Virus record (IMG/VR): IMGVR_UViG_3300020473_000021
Span: 1-64,000 of that record
DNA: 64,000 nucleotides
Reading direction: 5' to 3' (one strand)
Source of the DNA: a virus
A program made the position numbers and the translations under genes. The notes under the pieces are model-generated. The model had not been told where the DNA came from. It ran no database searches and saw only the letters and a program-made list of their open reading frames with translations. Shown here one piece after another: positions 17,066 through 27,216 of the stretch (position 1 is its first letter; every line of letters starts with the position of its first letter).

Positions 17066-19147
17066 TTACGATATTCGATCTACACCCACTGAAGGAATGC
17101 GTATCTTGATGTGTTCACGAGTACTATTCTCAATACTGACTTTCTGCTTAAGGTCAATATCGATCTTCTGGTCATTCCGCACAGCCTCAAAGTTATATGG
17201 ACCGATAGGATTCATAGAAGATGTTTGTCGATCATGGACCTTAAACATTTCATCGCGAGTATAGTCTCGATTGATATCAATGAAACGACCAGTATGTGCT
17301 TTAGATTTACGGTTATGCACTTTTGGTGTTGCTGTATCGAGTATCCGATAAGACGTGTTGTTGATGCTTTGTAAGTAATGAATGCTATAACTTGACAAAT
17401 GTGACATGACTTCTAACATGTTCTTTTGTAAGTCACCTAATACACTACCTGAAATACCAACATCCTCACCCATTACCGCCGATACGATATTGTTGGCAAG
17501 CAAGTCGAGATCCAACACACCAAGATCGAGTATATCGAAACCACGTAACTCTAACCAGTCTTTATAGTTCTCACCAATACCGAAGTCAATCTTAACATCG
17601 TGATAAAGATGCATGTTAATCGCTTCTAACATCGCACTGACATCTGGATCTTCTTGTTGGGCATATATGTTGCGGTGTGCGTTTTGCGCTTTAAACACCT
17701 CATAACAGAAGTCTCTAAATCCAGCGACAGATATGTAAGAACCTACAGGCGGTTGTAGTTTACGCATCTCGTTAATGTAGGAATCATCCACAAGACTCGT
17801 ATCTACGATATCTCTTAATTGATCTAACGTAGGTGGATTAGTCTTGATTACATTCCGAGCCCAGATAGGTGGAATCGTCAAGAACTCTACATCTCTTGCC
17901 TTGTTAAACGCATAGAGATAAATCAAGAATGCTTCTTTCACCGTAAGTGGTAGCGATACACCAGTGGTGGGGTTAGGAACGTTCACAATGGCTGTGAAAC
18001 GATCTGTTCCCGCAAGATAGATCCAATGGTTCAATATAGCTTCTTCTTGGGTAAATGGTACACTATCGGTGGTATCTAGTATTGCCGATTCTAGCGTTTT
18101 AGTTGGCAGCCGATTACCTTGAGCGTTTTCCATGAGCATTCTAGTTTCGACTAGTGCTTCTGGCTTCTCACGGATATTACCATCTGCTATTGGATATTGT
18201 TTCTCAAGAAGATCATCGATCGTTCGAATATTGCTACTACCGTCACCTGGGTGATCGTTTAGTGGTATACGACGCATTTCCACTTCAGGCTTCAACTCTT
18301 CTACGATGTCTGTAGTGTTATGAAACATCTCATATGCAGCAAGTGGTAAGTTGCGTTCCGTGATCATCTTTTGCAAGAGGATATCGAACGTTTCTTTCTT
18401 ACCCGAGTTACGTTGCAAGTAAGCTATATTGCGATACAAGAACAACTTTTGCTTTAATGTCATATATGGGATGTATCGATCCAAACCATTAAAGCTTGCT
18501 AGATATTCACGAATGTGGTAGCTATGTACCTCGTTAGTATGACAGCGTTCAAGTCTAGCGTTGAGTATTTCGTTAGGTAAATGTGAAAACATAACCCCTA
18601 ACATCGCCGCCGTGTAGTACTCATCTACTAATGAATAACCGGCAACATTCCAACGTAAGAAGAAGTTCTTTATCCACGTTTCGATATCTGCCATAAGTGT
18701 ATGTTCTTGGACTTCTACCATCTTCTTGTCGTAGTGAAGTATGGTGCCGTCTTCAGCTTCAATCGCTTTATTGATATCGACAGGATTAAGTATACCAAGG
18801 ATTAGATTCTCTTGGTCTGGAAACTCCCTCACTAGCTCCTTGTAGTAACGAGAACCATAAACGTAGGCATCTCGTGTTGCTCGGTGTCGAGTGAGTTCTT
18901 CTTTTGTAAAGTCTATGGTCTCTAGTGTATCCATAGATGTAACGCGCATCATTCTGTCTGTTGAATGGTACAGACCCGACAAATTCATATAGTACTTCCA
19001 CGTTTGGGGATTGGCCTGATCTACAGGTTTTCCCATCATTTGGAAGTGTCGGTTGATGCTCTCAGCAACTAGGCTAGATTTTACTACCATCGTCTTACTC
19101 AGATGCATGATCTGATTGAGATAGATGCGGTAATAGGAACTTGACAT
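17066..19147 (-). CDS. virion structural protein (phiKZ gp128-like)
   Basis: Likely start MSSSYY after GAGG; PQTWKYYMNLSGLYH motif; divergent from the portal gene. Confidence 0.75.
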   Translation of the reverse strand: MSSSYYRIYLNQIMHLSKTMVVKSSLVAESINRHFQMMGKPVDQANPQTWKYYMNLSGLYHSTDRMMRVTSMDTLETIDFTKEELTRHRATRDAYVYGSRYYKELVREFPDQENLILGILNPVDINKAIEAEDGTILHYDKKMVEVQEHTLMADIETWIKNFFLRWNVAGYSLVDEYYTAAMLGVMFSHLPNEILNARLERCHTNEVHSYHIREYLASFNGLDRYIPYMTLKQKLFLYRNIAYLQRNSGKKETFDILLQKMITERNLPLAAYEMFHNTTDIVEELKPEVEMRRIPLNDHPGDGSSNIRTIDDLLEKQYPIADGNIREKPEALVETRMLMENAQGNRLPTKTLESAILDTTDSVPFTQEEAILNHWIYLAGTDRFTAIVNVPNPTTGVSLPLTVKEAFLIYLYAFNKARDVEFLTIPPIWARNVIKTNPPTLDQLRDIVDTSLVDDSYINEMRKLQPPVGSYISVAGFRDFCYEVFKAQNAHRNIYAQQEDPDVSAMLEAINMHLYHDVKIDFGIGENYKDWLELRGFDILDLGVLDLDLLANNIVSAVMGEDVGISGSVLGDLQKNMLEVMSHLSSYSIHYLQSINNTSYRILDTATPKVHNRKSKAHTGRFIDINRDYTRDEMFKVHDRQTSSMNPIGPYNFEAVRNDQKIDIDLKQKVSIENSTREHIKIRIPSVGVDRIS

Positions 19148-19186
19148 AACAACCTCTAACAAGGCTCCTCGAGGGAGACGGTAAAT

Positions 19187-21877
19187 ATGACTGAAGCAAA
19201 TAACAAAAAGCGTCAGAGCTTTGATAACCGCTCGCGGCATAGTACCGCGATAGCTACGAAGCTAATGAAAAACCCTACGGGTCAGCGCGCTTACGATGAT
19301 AAAGGTAATCGTAAACAAACGCCGCCTCCGACGTCCGTACTCAACGCAATGTCTCAAAGAACCGCACAAGTGGGTCAAGACATTGAGTCGATGAAACAAT
19401 TACTTCCTGATATTACGCTTTCAGAGCAAATATTGGTCAGTAGTATTTTGTCACCAAAAGACATGACAACACCGACGTTGTCTTTTGCAAATGGTGCTAA
19501 TTTTGAAAACCAAGAATTGGGTCCTAAGTTAGCGAAGATCTTAAGTGATTACTTCACCAACGACTATAAGATTAATACAAAGCTGTCTGGAATCTTAAAG
19601 GATGCTTTGTTTGGATCTGGTGCCCATATTCGAATGATTATTCCAGAATCTTCTTTGGACGACATCATCAATGAGTCAGGTCGTATAACACTAGAAAGCG
19701 TCAGACCACATATCCGCAGTACCTCAAGTCTAGCACTTGAGTCTATTGGTATTTTAGGTCCTAGTGACGATTCATTAAAAGATAAAAATAAAGCCGATGA
19801 AAATGCAGAGGTTTCTTTTGAATCGATGTTTGTCGATCGCCCATCGAATCCTAGGGAAGAAGACAAAATAGAGAAATCTTGTTTTATTACCGTGACCGAT
19901 AACCCCGATGCTGTAAAGATGCCTTTGTTGTTTGATAAGATCAGACAAGACAAAGTACGTTCAGCTCTGACTCGTCGTTTTCGTGGTGCTTCATTAGAGG
20001 CACGTAAAGAAAAAGAAGAGAAGAAGGGTAAGAAGGATAAAGATAAGAGTAAGGTTGAGAAAGAGCAGGAACAAAAAGAGAAGCGCGTCAGCCTAGGTAA
20101 AACCGATCGAGAAATCGAAGAGCGTCTAGCCGCAAATCGCGATCTTACTGCTGAGCCGTTAGTAGAAGTCAAAACCCACGAGCAGACGGGTCGAGATATG
20201 TACGGTCATCCGCTTGTTACTACTTTGGCTACTGAAGCAGTTATCCCTGCACATACACCTGGCAACCCAAGCGATCACATCGGATACTTCGTACTATTGG
20301 ATCAATACGGTAATCCAGTGAACATGTCATCTGTTCAGGATCATTATCAAGACCTACGTAGTCAGTTCAGTAAAAACACCGCAGACAACCAAGTATCTTC
20401 TTTATTGAAAGAGATTCGTGGTATGCAAGGTATGGACTTTCAACAAGATCCTACGCAAGCCATACAGCAAGCAACTGATGCCTTTGCTGATATCATCGAG
20501 CGTAACTTACTGTCTCGATTAAGAAACGGTGTGGGCCATTCAGCGGCTGAGTTAGGGCGTCCTAGTGACATCTATCAGATCATGATGTCTCGAGCGATGC
20601 GGAAGAAACGCACACAGTTGTTATACGTACCAACTGAACTCATGTCATACGTAGCATTTGATTTTACCCACACAGGGATCGGTAAGTCGTTACTTGAAGA
20701 ATCCCGTATCGTTGGTTCACTTCGTGCGATCCTAATGTTTGCTAACACCATTGCGGCTATTAAGAACTCATCGTCTCGTACTGACCTTGAGATTACATTA
20801 GATCCTGAAGATACAGATCCGATGTCAACCATCACTCAAGTTAAAGATGCGTTCATGCGCTCTCGCAGTGAAGCGTTTCCCTTAGGTGAAGGTAACCCTG
20901 GTGCTATCGTCGATTACTTGAATAAATCTGGTGTCGATGTTCTTTATAGTGGTCACCCTGGTCTACCTGAGATGCGGGTTCAAGCTAACGACAAGCAAGG
21001 TGGTCGGACTATCGTTGATCGTGACCTTGAAGATCAATTACGTCGTCAACACATCATGGGCTTTGGCCTATCGCCAGAGACCGTTGATGTGAGTGGTGAC
21101 ATTGAGTTTGCTACGTCTCTTGTCAACTCATCACTACTTCTAAACAAACGTGTTGCACTATATCAGCAGCAGTTTGAGCGTATGGAAGGTGACTTTATCT
21201 GTAAGTACACTCGTAACTCAGAACCCCTCATAACGAAGTTAGAGGAATGTATCACTGAGTACGGTCACAAGAAAGATAAAGAAGACCCTGAGAAGGTCAT
21301 TGAGAAGTTTTTGAGTAATCTTGAGGTGCAACTACCTAAACCCGATTCTGTGACGTTAGAGACGCAAATGGAAGCGTTCCGCAACTATCAGGATGCGTTG
21401 GATATGGCAGTTGGTGCGTTCATCAATGATGAGATGGAAATGCTTGATGCGGAAGGCGACTTTGGTCGTAATCTACGTAACATCAAAGCAACCATTAAAG
21501 CTTACTACGAGCGTCGTTGGTTACGTGACAATAACGTGTTACCAGAACTCTTTGAGATGGTCGATAAAGGGTTGGATGACAAACCAATGCTTGAGTTTGG
21601 AGAAATCCACTCGGCACATATGGAATCTATCCTTGGAGCATTCCGTGAATATGTTAAGCAAGCTGAAGAAGCTCGTAAGAAGCGGGAAGCAAAAGCCGCA
21701 GAAGAGGGAGAAGAAGTTCCTGGTGATTCTACTGGAGACGATGCTAGTAGCTCTAGTGGTGGCTTTGGTTCTGACGATAATTCTGATAGTGGTGGCTTTG
21801 GAGATGATTCCACCAACACAGACGACAACAACAGCGACGACGGTCTTGGTGGTGGTCTAGGTGACGACTGGCTATAA
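19187..21877 (+). CDS. portal protein (phiKZ gp129-like)
   Basis: 896 aa; LVSSILSPKDM, HIGYFVLLDQYGNP, GIGKSLLE; internal x-x-E sites; acidic Gly-rich tail; synteny. Confidence 0.78.
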   Translation: MTEANNKKRQSFDNRSRHSTAIATKLMKNPTGQRAYDDKGNRKQTPPPTSVLNAMSQRTAQVGQDIESMKQLLPDITLSEQILVSSILSPKDMTTPTLSFANGANFENQELGPKLAKILSDYFTNDYKINTKLSGILKDALFGSGAHIRMIIPESSLDDIINESGRITLESVRPHIRSTSSLALESIGILGPSDDSLKDKNKADENAEVSFESMFVDRPSNPREEDKIEKSCFITVTDNPDAVKMPLLFDKIRQDKVRSALTRRFRGASLEARKEKEEKKGKKDKDKSKVEKEQEQKEKRVSLGKTDREIEERLAANRDLTAEPLVEVKTHEQTGRDMYGHPLVTTLATEAVIPAHTPGNPSDHIGYFVLLDQYGNPVNMSSVQDHYQDLRSQFSKNTADNQVSSLLKEIRGMQGMDFQQDPTQAIQQATDAFADIIERNLLSRLRNGVGHSAAELGRPSDIYQIMMSRAMRKKRTQLLYVPTELMSYVAFDFTHTGIGKSLLEESRIVGSLRAILMFANTIAAIKNSSSRTDLEITLDPEDTDPMSTITQVKDAFMRSRSEAFPLGEGNPGAIVDYLNKSGVDVLYSGHPGLPEMRVQANDKQGGRTIVDRDLEDQLRRQHIMGFGLSPETVDVSGDIEFATSLVNSSLLLNKRVALYQQQFERMEGDFICKYTRNSEPLITKLEECITEYGHKKDKEDPEKVIEKFLSNLEVQLPKPDSVTLETQMEAFRNYQDALDMAVGAFINDEMEMLDAEGDFGRNLRNIKATIKAYYERRWLRDNNVLPELFEMVDKGLDDKPMLEFGEIHSAHMESILGAFREYVKQAEEARKKREAKAAEEGEEVPGDSTGDDASSSSGGFGSDDNSDSGGFGDDSTNTDDNNSDDGLGGGLGDDWL

Positions 21878-21957
21878 GTCCGTAGGTTAGGTGGGAAGGG
21901 TGCTAAATCGTATGTATCCTTCCTACTCTTCTGTCTTTTATAAAAGGAAAAAGAACT

Positions 21958-22815
21958 ATGCGTATTGTAACACGTACCGTATATGGTGCGGCGATGAGTA
22001 CGGCACAATACCTAAGGCTTCCTTATACTCCTAAGGAAAGCTCTACCTTAAATGAAAAGTTTGGTATTGCCGCTAATGAACTTCCCGGTGAGGAAGATTT
22101 GTATGGCGTTCGTTATTTTGCTATCGGTGATGGTGGCCACTCTGCGGTAACTGGTGCAGACGGTAAACCGTATATCTCGCCAAACAACCATGCGGCGACT
22201 GATGCAGCATGCTTTAACCATGTTCCTTTTGTGCTTCGTGAGATCTCTGATGATCTTACTGTGGAAGAGCGTAAGAAGTATGGTTTACGTAAGAAAGAAA
22301 CTCACGGCGGTCGTGAATACTTTGCTTACTACTTGAAGCGGTTGGATGTTGAGAACGTTCGCATTAACATGCAGAAAACAGTGGCGACAGATGGTAGTCA
22401 GACGACTCAACCATTTACGCCTACCAGCGCTAACTTGAATCCGCAACCGATGTCTGAGACTGACCTCGAGTCAAACGTCATTCAGTCAAGCGGTGAATAT
22501 GTAGCAGCTAATGCTGTTGTTACGATTGATTTCAATGCGGCTGATGCAGAAGAACTTCGTAATGTAGCACGCATCATCTACGGTGCGGAACACCATGCTA
22601 TCATTTCTGAGATTGCATTAGTGGGTGCTGTTGATCGTACGACTACAGGTCCAGGTCCAGGTAATCAGACCATTCAGTATCGTGAAGCTATCGGTACACA
22701 AGTTGTAACGCACATTACTTCTTACTACCAAATGAACATGCAGAACAATGGATTTACGTTTACTGCGGACGTTGGTGGTACGGAGCCGTTGTTTACAGCG
22801 ACTGAAGGTCAGTAA
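21958..22815 (+). CDS. virion structural protein (phiKZ gp139-like)
   Basis: STLNEKFGI, YFAIGDGGH, PFVLRE, AYYLKRL, AIISEIA, GGTEPL. Confidence 0.72.
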   Translation: MRIVTRTVYGAAMSTAQYLRLPYTPKESSTLNEKFGIAANELPGEEDLYGVRYFAIGDGGHSAVTGADGKPYISPNNHAATDAACFNHVPFVLREISDDLTVEERKKYGLRKKETHGGREYFAYYLKRLDVENVRINMQKTVATDGSQTTQPFTPTSANLNPQPMSETDLESNVIQSSGEYVAANAVVTIDFNAADAEELRNVARIIYGAEHHAIISEIALVGAVDRTTTGPGPGNQTIQYREAIGTQVVTHITSYYQMNMQNNGFTFTADVGGTEPLFTATEGQ

Positions 22816-23444
22816 TGCTTGAATTGCCTGACAATGGTGATGTACTTCGTATCTTAGGTATCGACCCCGGTACTCAAACATTAGGTACGGCGGTACTCGA
22901 CTTAGACTTAAAGACGTACGACATTCGCATCGTACACTGTGAAACATATAAAGCAGACCATTTAGCTAAGTTCGATCCACGGTTTCAGGACATCTCACAG
23001 GCGCATGGTGATTTAGCCATGCGCCTTATTGCGCATAAAGAGAATTTGCGTAGTCTAATGGAACATATGGTTATCGATGAGTTGGTTGCTGAATCCTCAT
23101 TCATGCACATGCGAGCTCATGCGTTTGAAGCATTGGTTCGTTGTATGGAAAGTATTCGCTTAGCGGCTTGGGAATACGACATGAGTATGCCCGTACACAA
23201 AGTAACGCCACAGGGCGCTAAAGCAGCGGTTGGCGCTGCTGGTAAAGGTAAGGGTAAAGATGCCGTTAAGGTTGGTATAAAGAAGCTACTCAAAGATAAC
23301 AGTAAACAGCTTTATTATGAAGCACCTAAAGACTTTGAGCAGCTCGATGAACATAGCATCGATGCAATAGCCATTGGTTATCACCACGCTGTTGCTTGGT
23401 GCAACTTCCTAAAAGGAGGAGACACGATATGCTCGCGGTCATAA
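22815..23444 (+). CDS. ruvC: RuvC-like Holliday junction resolvase
   Basis: ILGIDPGT, VAESSF, PQGAKAAVG, DEHSIDAIAIG acidic catalytic motifs. Confidence 0.85.
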   Translation: MLELPDNGDVLRILGIDPGTQTLGTAVLDLDLKTYDIRIVHCETYKADHLAKFDPRFQDISQAHGDLAMRLIAHKENLRSLMEHMVIDELVAESSFMHMRAHAFEALVRCMESIRLAAWEYDMSMPVHKVTPQGAKAAVGAAGKGKGKDAVKVGIKKLLKDNSKQLYYEAPKDFEQLDEHSIDAIAIGYHHAVAWCNFLKGGDTICSRS

Positions 23445-24007
23445 AAGGGTTTTTTACAGGAAAGAAGATGATCGTGTATGCGGTCATCGGAATCGTGGTG
23501 CTGGGTATATGGGGCGCAATGAAATACGATAATGCCATCATTCGTACATTGCAAGGTGACCTTACCGAAGCGCAAGCAGAGCGGGACTCTGCGGTCATTG
23601 ATGCTGAGATCAATGATGAGGTTAGAACCATTGATGATGAGACACTTAAAGATCAACTCGAACGAGAAGATCAAGTGGATGATCAAACGCGTGGGGCAAC
23701 TGAAGACTTAGATAACGAAATAGATCGTATCCTAAAAGATATCGAAAGTCAGACAGAACAGCCCGACGATGATGCTCCAGTGGATCAGCCAACCCAAAAT
23801 GAAGAGCAGGCGATTGAGGAGACTGAACCGCCTGTAGTTGATAATGGAGATAAAGAGGATGTTGGTACTACCAATGAACGACGAAATGAAGAAAAAGATA
23901 CAGGGTATACTTCCGCTGTTGATGATCGCGTTGCTGGCGCTGCTATTGACAGGATGTGGGACTACTACTGTAACTCAGTGGAAGACGAGGCTTCTTGTAC
24001 CCAGTGA
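23429..24007 (+). CDS. putative inner-membrane spanin (i-spanin)
   Basis: GGAGGAG RBS; one N-terminal TM helix, coiled-coil/acidic body, two C-terminal Cys; overlaps a lipoprotein gene. Confidence 0.7.
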   Translation: MLAVIKGFFTGKKMIVYAVIGIVVLGIWGAMKYDNAIIRTLQGDLTEAQAERDSAVIDAEINDEVRTIDDETLKDQLEREDQVDDQTRGATEDLDNEIDRILKDIESQTEQPDDDAPVDQPTQNEEQAIEETEPPVVDNGDKEDVGTTNERRNEEKDTGYTSAVDDRVAGAAIDRMWDYYCNSVEDEASCTQ

Positions 24008-24227
24008 CAACTTATTGCGTGATTGCACTATTCTAACGCCACCTGAACGTGAAGCGTTCATGCGTGCTACAGAAGAAGAGCAAATCGCCATGTTGAGTCG
24101 CGCTTGGATTGAGCAAACGGGTGAGCTACGTAAATGTGATAATAAAGTCCAATCCATACAAGAGTGGAAGCAGAAAGCTATCCAACTGCAAGAAAAGTAC
24201 GATGAAGTAATCGAAGTAAATCCGTAG
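23886..24227 (+). CDS. putative outer-membrane lipoprotein spanin (o-spanin)
   Basis: MKKKIQGILPLLMIALLALLLTG-C lipobox, Pro-containing linker, two further Cys; starts inside the i-spanin gene. Confidence 0.75.
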   Translation: MKKKIQGILPLLMIALLALLLTGCGTTTVTQWKTRLLVPSDNLLRDCTILTPPEREAFMRATEEEQIAMLSRAWIEQTGELRKCDNKVQSIQEWKQKAIQLQEKYDEVIEVNP

Positions 24228-24253
24228 GGTTGATCCCCTACGGTTTATTTTTT
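24222..24253 (+). terminator. intrinsic terminator
   Basis: CCGTAGGG-TTGATC-CCCTACGG + TTTATTTTTT. Confidence 0.8.
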
Positions 24254-24334
24254 TGATTTAACCCCCAAAGAAGAATATATAATGCAATTGATTAAAGGTT
24301 ACATAGATAACCTTATTTATAGGAAATCAAACTT

Positions 24335-24790
24335 TTGGGGATTTATCAATATATGTCAGACCAATTACTTAATGTGATAATCATCGCGATAATACCTTCC
24401 GCATTGTTAGTGTTCTCGGCAGTCTACTGCACATACAAGATAATGAAGAGACAGCCCTGTACATATAAACACTACGAGCGTAAGCGGGATGAGTTATCGG
24501 GATTGAATGAGATGTTAGAGTTTTTGACTGCTAACAAGAAAGCCAATGACCTCGCCGAGATGATCGGTCCTCGTAGTATCTTCTATCCTGTCACAACAAA
24601 AAACACCGCATCGGGGATATTGGTTGGGGAAGCTTACGTGGTTACCAACTTAGGCCTCGAGAGGGTTGTCATCAGTAGTGAGTTATTATCGATAGCTTTA
24701 AGTTGCGACGATCCACCTGCTGTGTTACAGGTCGTAGCCAATAAAAATGGTATGGATAGAACGATCAACGGCCTATTAGTTCGGAGGTAG
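24335..24790 (+). CDS. membrane-anchored hypothetical protein
   Basis: N-terminal TM helix VIIIAIIPSALLVFSAVY. Confidence 0.65.
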   Translation: MGIYQYMSDQLLNVIIIAIIPSALLVFSAVYCTYKIMKRQPCTYKHYERKRDELSGLNEMLEFLTANKKANDLAEMIGPRSIFYPVTTKNTASGILVGEAYVVTNLGLERVVISSELLSIALSCDDPPAVLQVVANKNGMDRTINGLLVRR

Positions 24791-24796
24791 CGATTA

Positions 24797-25192
24797 ATGG
24801 CAACAAAACGTTTTAAGAGTAATAAACTACTGGTCAAGCAGTTGATTGCTCGATTCATGGAGTCACCGCATAGGTCAGATATGCATGTGGGTGATAGGAC
24901 GGATAAAGATAAAGGCATATATCGTTTTCATCGCGATGGTAAAGTACGTGCCATCCTGAAAGATATATTAGTACCCTTTGAAAATCCTGAATTTTTAGAT
25001 GGATTTATACCTGATCCAAAGACCGATGGCGATGATTTACACTTAACCCTACACATCGAAGAAGATAAAGTCTTTGAAGTTATGGTTTGGGATTATAACC
25101 TCGATTACCGAATTCGACACGTATGTATCCATGTCGATGGTAAGCCCGATAAATATAGATTGTCTAACTACGTACCTCGCAAAGGAGAATAA
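24797..25192 (+). CDS. hypothetical protein
   Basis: GGAGG RBS. Confidence 0.7.
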   Translation: MATKRFKSNKLLVKQLIARFMESPHRSDMHVGDRTDKDKGIYRFHRDGKVRAILKDILVPFENPEFLDGFIPDPKTDGDDLHLTLHIEEDKVFEVMVWDYNLDYRIRHVCIHVDGKPDKYRLSNYVPRKGE

Positions 25193-25195
25193 ATC

Positions 25196-25564
25196 GTGGG
25201 TAAAATTGAGATGCTTCTTGGTAAGCTTGAAAAACCATTAAAAGAAGATCCAACGATTCAGAAAATGATCGTTGCCGATAAATCTGACGTTGAGAATGGT
25301 AAGTTCCATATCGAAGCTGATGAGAAGGCGTATTACTTGGGTGATGTCATTGCTAAAGAATTACCGCGTGGCGATGGCATGATCAAGTTGTTGGATCAAA
25401 TCATGGGTGATATGATTTTGGTGTGCTATATCGACCTTAATAGTCATATCGAATATGAAGCATATAAGCGGGACGGCACGCCAGCATTTGGTTACATTTT
25501 CAGTATCGATAATGAACCAGTGAAAGATCCAGTTCTAAAGGATTACCGTCCAACCGTTAAATAA
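25196..25564 (+). CDS. hypothetical protein
   Basis: AAGGAG RBS, GTG start. Confidence 0.7.
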   Translation: MGKIEMLLGKLEKPLKEDPTIQKMIVADKSDVENGKFHIEADEKAYYLGDVIAKELPRGDGMIKLLDQIMGDMILVCYIDLNSHIEYEAYKRDGTPAFGYIFSIDNEPVKDPVLKDYRPTVK

Positions 25565-25582
25565 AAATAAAATGGATGTATT

Positions 25583-26683
25583 ATGCTCTCAAGACAACAG
25601 AAGGGCCTCGTTCGTGCGATAATTAAAACGCATAAAACTCGAGTGGAACAGATACTTAATACTGTTTCTATCGATGAACGAGATGAGGTTGCTGATCGAT
25701 TATTAGTGCATTGGGGCGCTGGACTTTATTTCAACGCTGGCGAACTAATACGATCGGGTGACCGGATGACGGCAGTCGGGATGTTTCGATTTGTACCCGA
25801 TGACTACCTAGATGTCTATGAAAATATGGACATACTCGAGCTACTTCGAGTTATAGAGGTGGTTGTTAGAATTCGCTCAGGTAATGAAGGTTTCCATACT
25901 CGCAACAAGTGTGGTACTTGTCTTACCGGTGATTGGATGCATGGTGAGTGTATGCAATGCACAACCCAATCATATCCAGGTATTATGAACGAGCGACTTA
26001 AGATCGATGTTCCGACGAATAAAGATGTTTACTTGACTGAGATCAATTACTTCTTTAAGGATGCCGACCTGTCTGAAATCTATTACGATCGAGTGGTGTC
26101 TATTTGGGGTGATGTTGCACTCCAGAAAAACATCATTTCCTTCATTGCTGATAACTGGGATAATACCATGTTACAAGTAGTGAAGCATCGTAAAGTAAAA
26201 AGCCAGTTAGCAATTCGCACTCGATTAAGTAATCGTGGTATTGACCATGGTTATTTAAACGATCACCAATTGTTAAAAGCTGTCTGGTTCTTCCGAGCGT
26301 TTGATGCTCAAGCAATGAAAAACAAGAGGAACGAAATAATGAAGTTCAACAAGACAATGAAGCGCATCAGCAAGCGACTAGCAGATGACAAGTATCTGCA
26401 AATGGCTATTGTTGACGGTGAATCTAACCCCGATGAAGGGCACTATGTCCTAGATATAGAAAAGAAAAACCGCAATGCGTTTCGATTCTTCCGTGATCAG
26501 TTCTGCGGGCAACTAGAAAAGAACATCGACCGCGTTCGTGGTCAAGGTGGTAGTATGCGCGTATGTATCGAACTGACTGGTGAAGATTCTACTGTTGGTA
26601 TTGAGTTATTCAACCCAGACGGTTCTGAAGCTGGCGAATTTATTGTGACCCAAGAGGGCACAAAACAGCCTGAATCAGCATAA
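25583..26683 (+). CDS. hypothetical protein with a CxxC...CxxC zinc ribbon
   Basis: CGTC...CMQC. Confidence 0.7.
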   Translation: MLSRQQKGLVRAIIKTHKTRVEQILNTVSIDERDEVADRLLVHWGAGLYFNAGELIRSGDRMTAVGMFRFVPDDYLDVYENMDILELLRVIEVVVRIRSGNEGFHTRNKCGTCLTGDWMHGECMQCTTQSYPGIMNERLKIDVPTNKDVYLTEINYFFKDADLSEIYYDRVVSIWGDVALQKNIISFIADNWDNTMLQVVKHRKVKSQLAIRTRLSNRGIDHGYLNDHQLLKAVWFFRAFDAQAMKNKRNEIMKFNKTMKRISKRLADDKYLQMAIVDGESNPDEGHYVLDIEKKNRNAFRFFRDQFCGQLEKNIDRVRGQGGSMRVCIELTGEDSTVGIELFNPDGSEAGEFIVTQEGTKQPESA

Positions 26684-26690
26684 TACATTC

Positions 26691-26721
26691 GAGGAGAGCA
26701 TTTAGCTCTCCTCTTATGCCG
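26691..26721 (+). terminator. hairpin with TTATGCCG tail
   Basis: GAGGAGAGC-ATTTA-GCTCTCCTC then TTATGCCG. Confidence 0.55.
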
Positions 26722-26744
26722 TCTACACTAATAGGAGAGCCTGT

Positions 26745-26975
26745 ATGGACCCACAAGAGTTTAAAAAGCTGTGTAAAGGTAAAGAGGTTACTGTTAAGGC
26801 AGATGACCTCTATGCGCTTCTCAGTTCGATTGGTGGACCGCCTCACATACTGCGTGAGCAGCTGGTTATAATGGACATGAACCGTAAATTGGATGAAGAA
26901 CATTTCATCCTTAATTTAGAGAACGCCTTGATTGAGGCTGTTACTCAGGAGAAAGATAATGGCAACAGCAGTTAA
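26745..26975 (+). CDS. hypothetical protein
   Basis: AGGAG RBS, 76 aa. Confidence 0.65.
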   Translation: MDPQEFKKLCKGKEVTVKADDLYALLSSIGGPPHILREQLVIMDMNRKLDEEHFILNLENALIEAVTQEKDNGNSS

Positions 26976-27216
26976 GATGGAATCGTTACCTGACTATCGT
27001 CAAGAAGAAATTCAACAGATGGTGGGTACCAATACTAAACCCGTGAGGATTGCAATTTGCCAACACTGCCAATCTTGCCACATTAAAAAGGTAGTTGGTC
27101 ATTTCGGTCAAGTGGATATACTCTGTACAAACTGCAATCGGTATGGTCCGTGGAGCTGGAGAATGACTGTCCGCAATCCAAACTCAGTAAAGAAAGGTAA
27201 GCGTAAACATGGATAA
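26959..27216 (+). CDS. small zinc-ribbon protein
   Basis: CAGGAG RBS before MATAVK; CQHC...CTNC. Confidence 0.65.
   Translation: MATAVKMESLPDYRQEEIQQMVGTNTKPVRIAICQHCQSCHIKKVVGHFGQVDILCTNCNRYGPWSWRMTVRNPNSVKKGKRKHG

Noticed and set aside
19148-19240. Extended start of the minus-strand structural gene overlapping the portal start
   Set aside because: An SD-supported start exists at 19147, so the head-to-head overlap is unnecessary.
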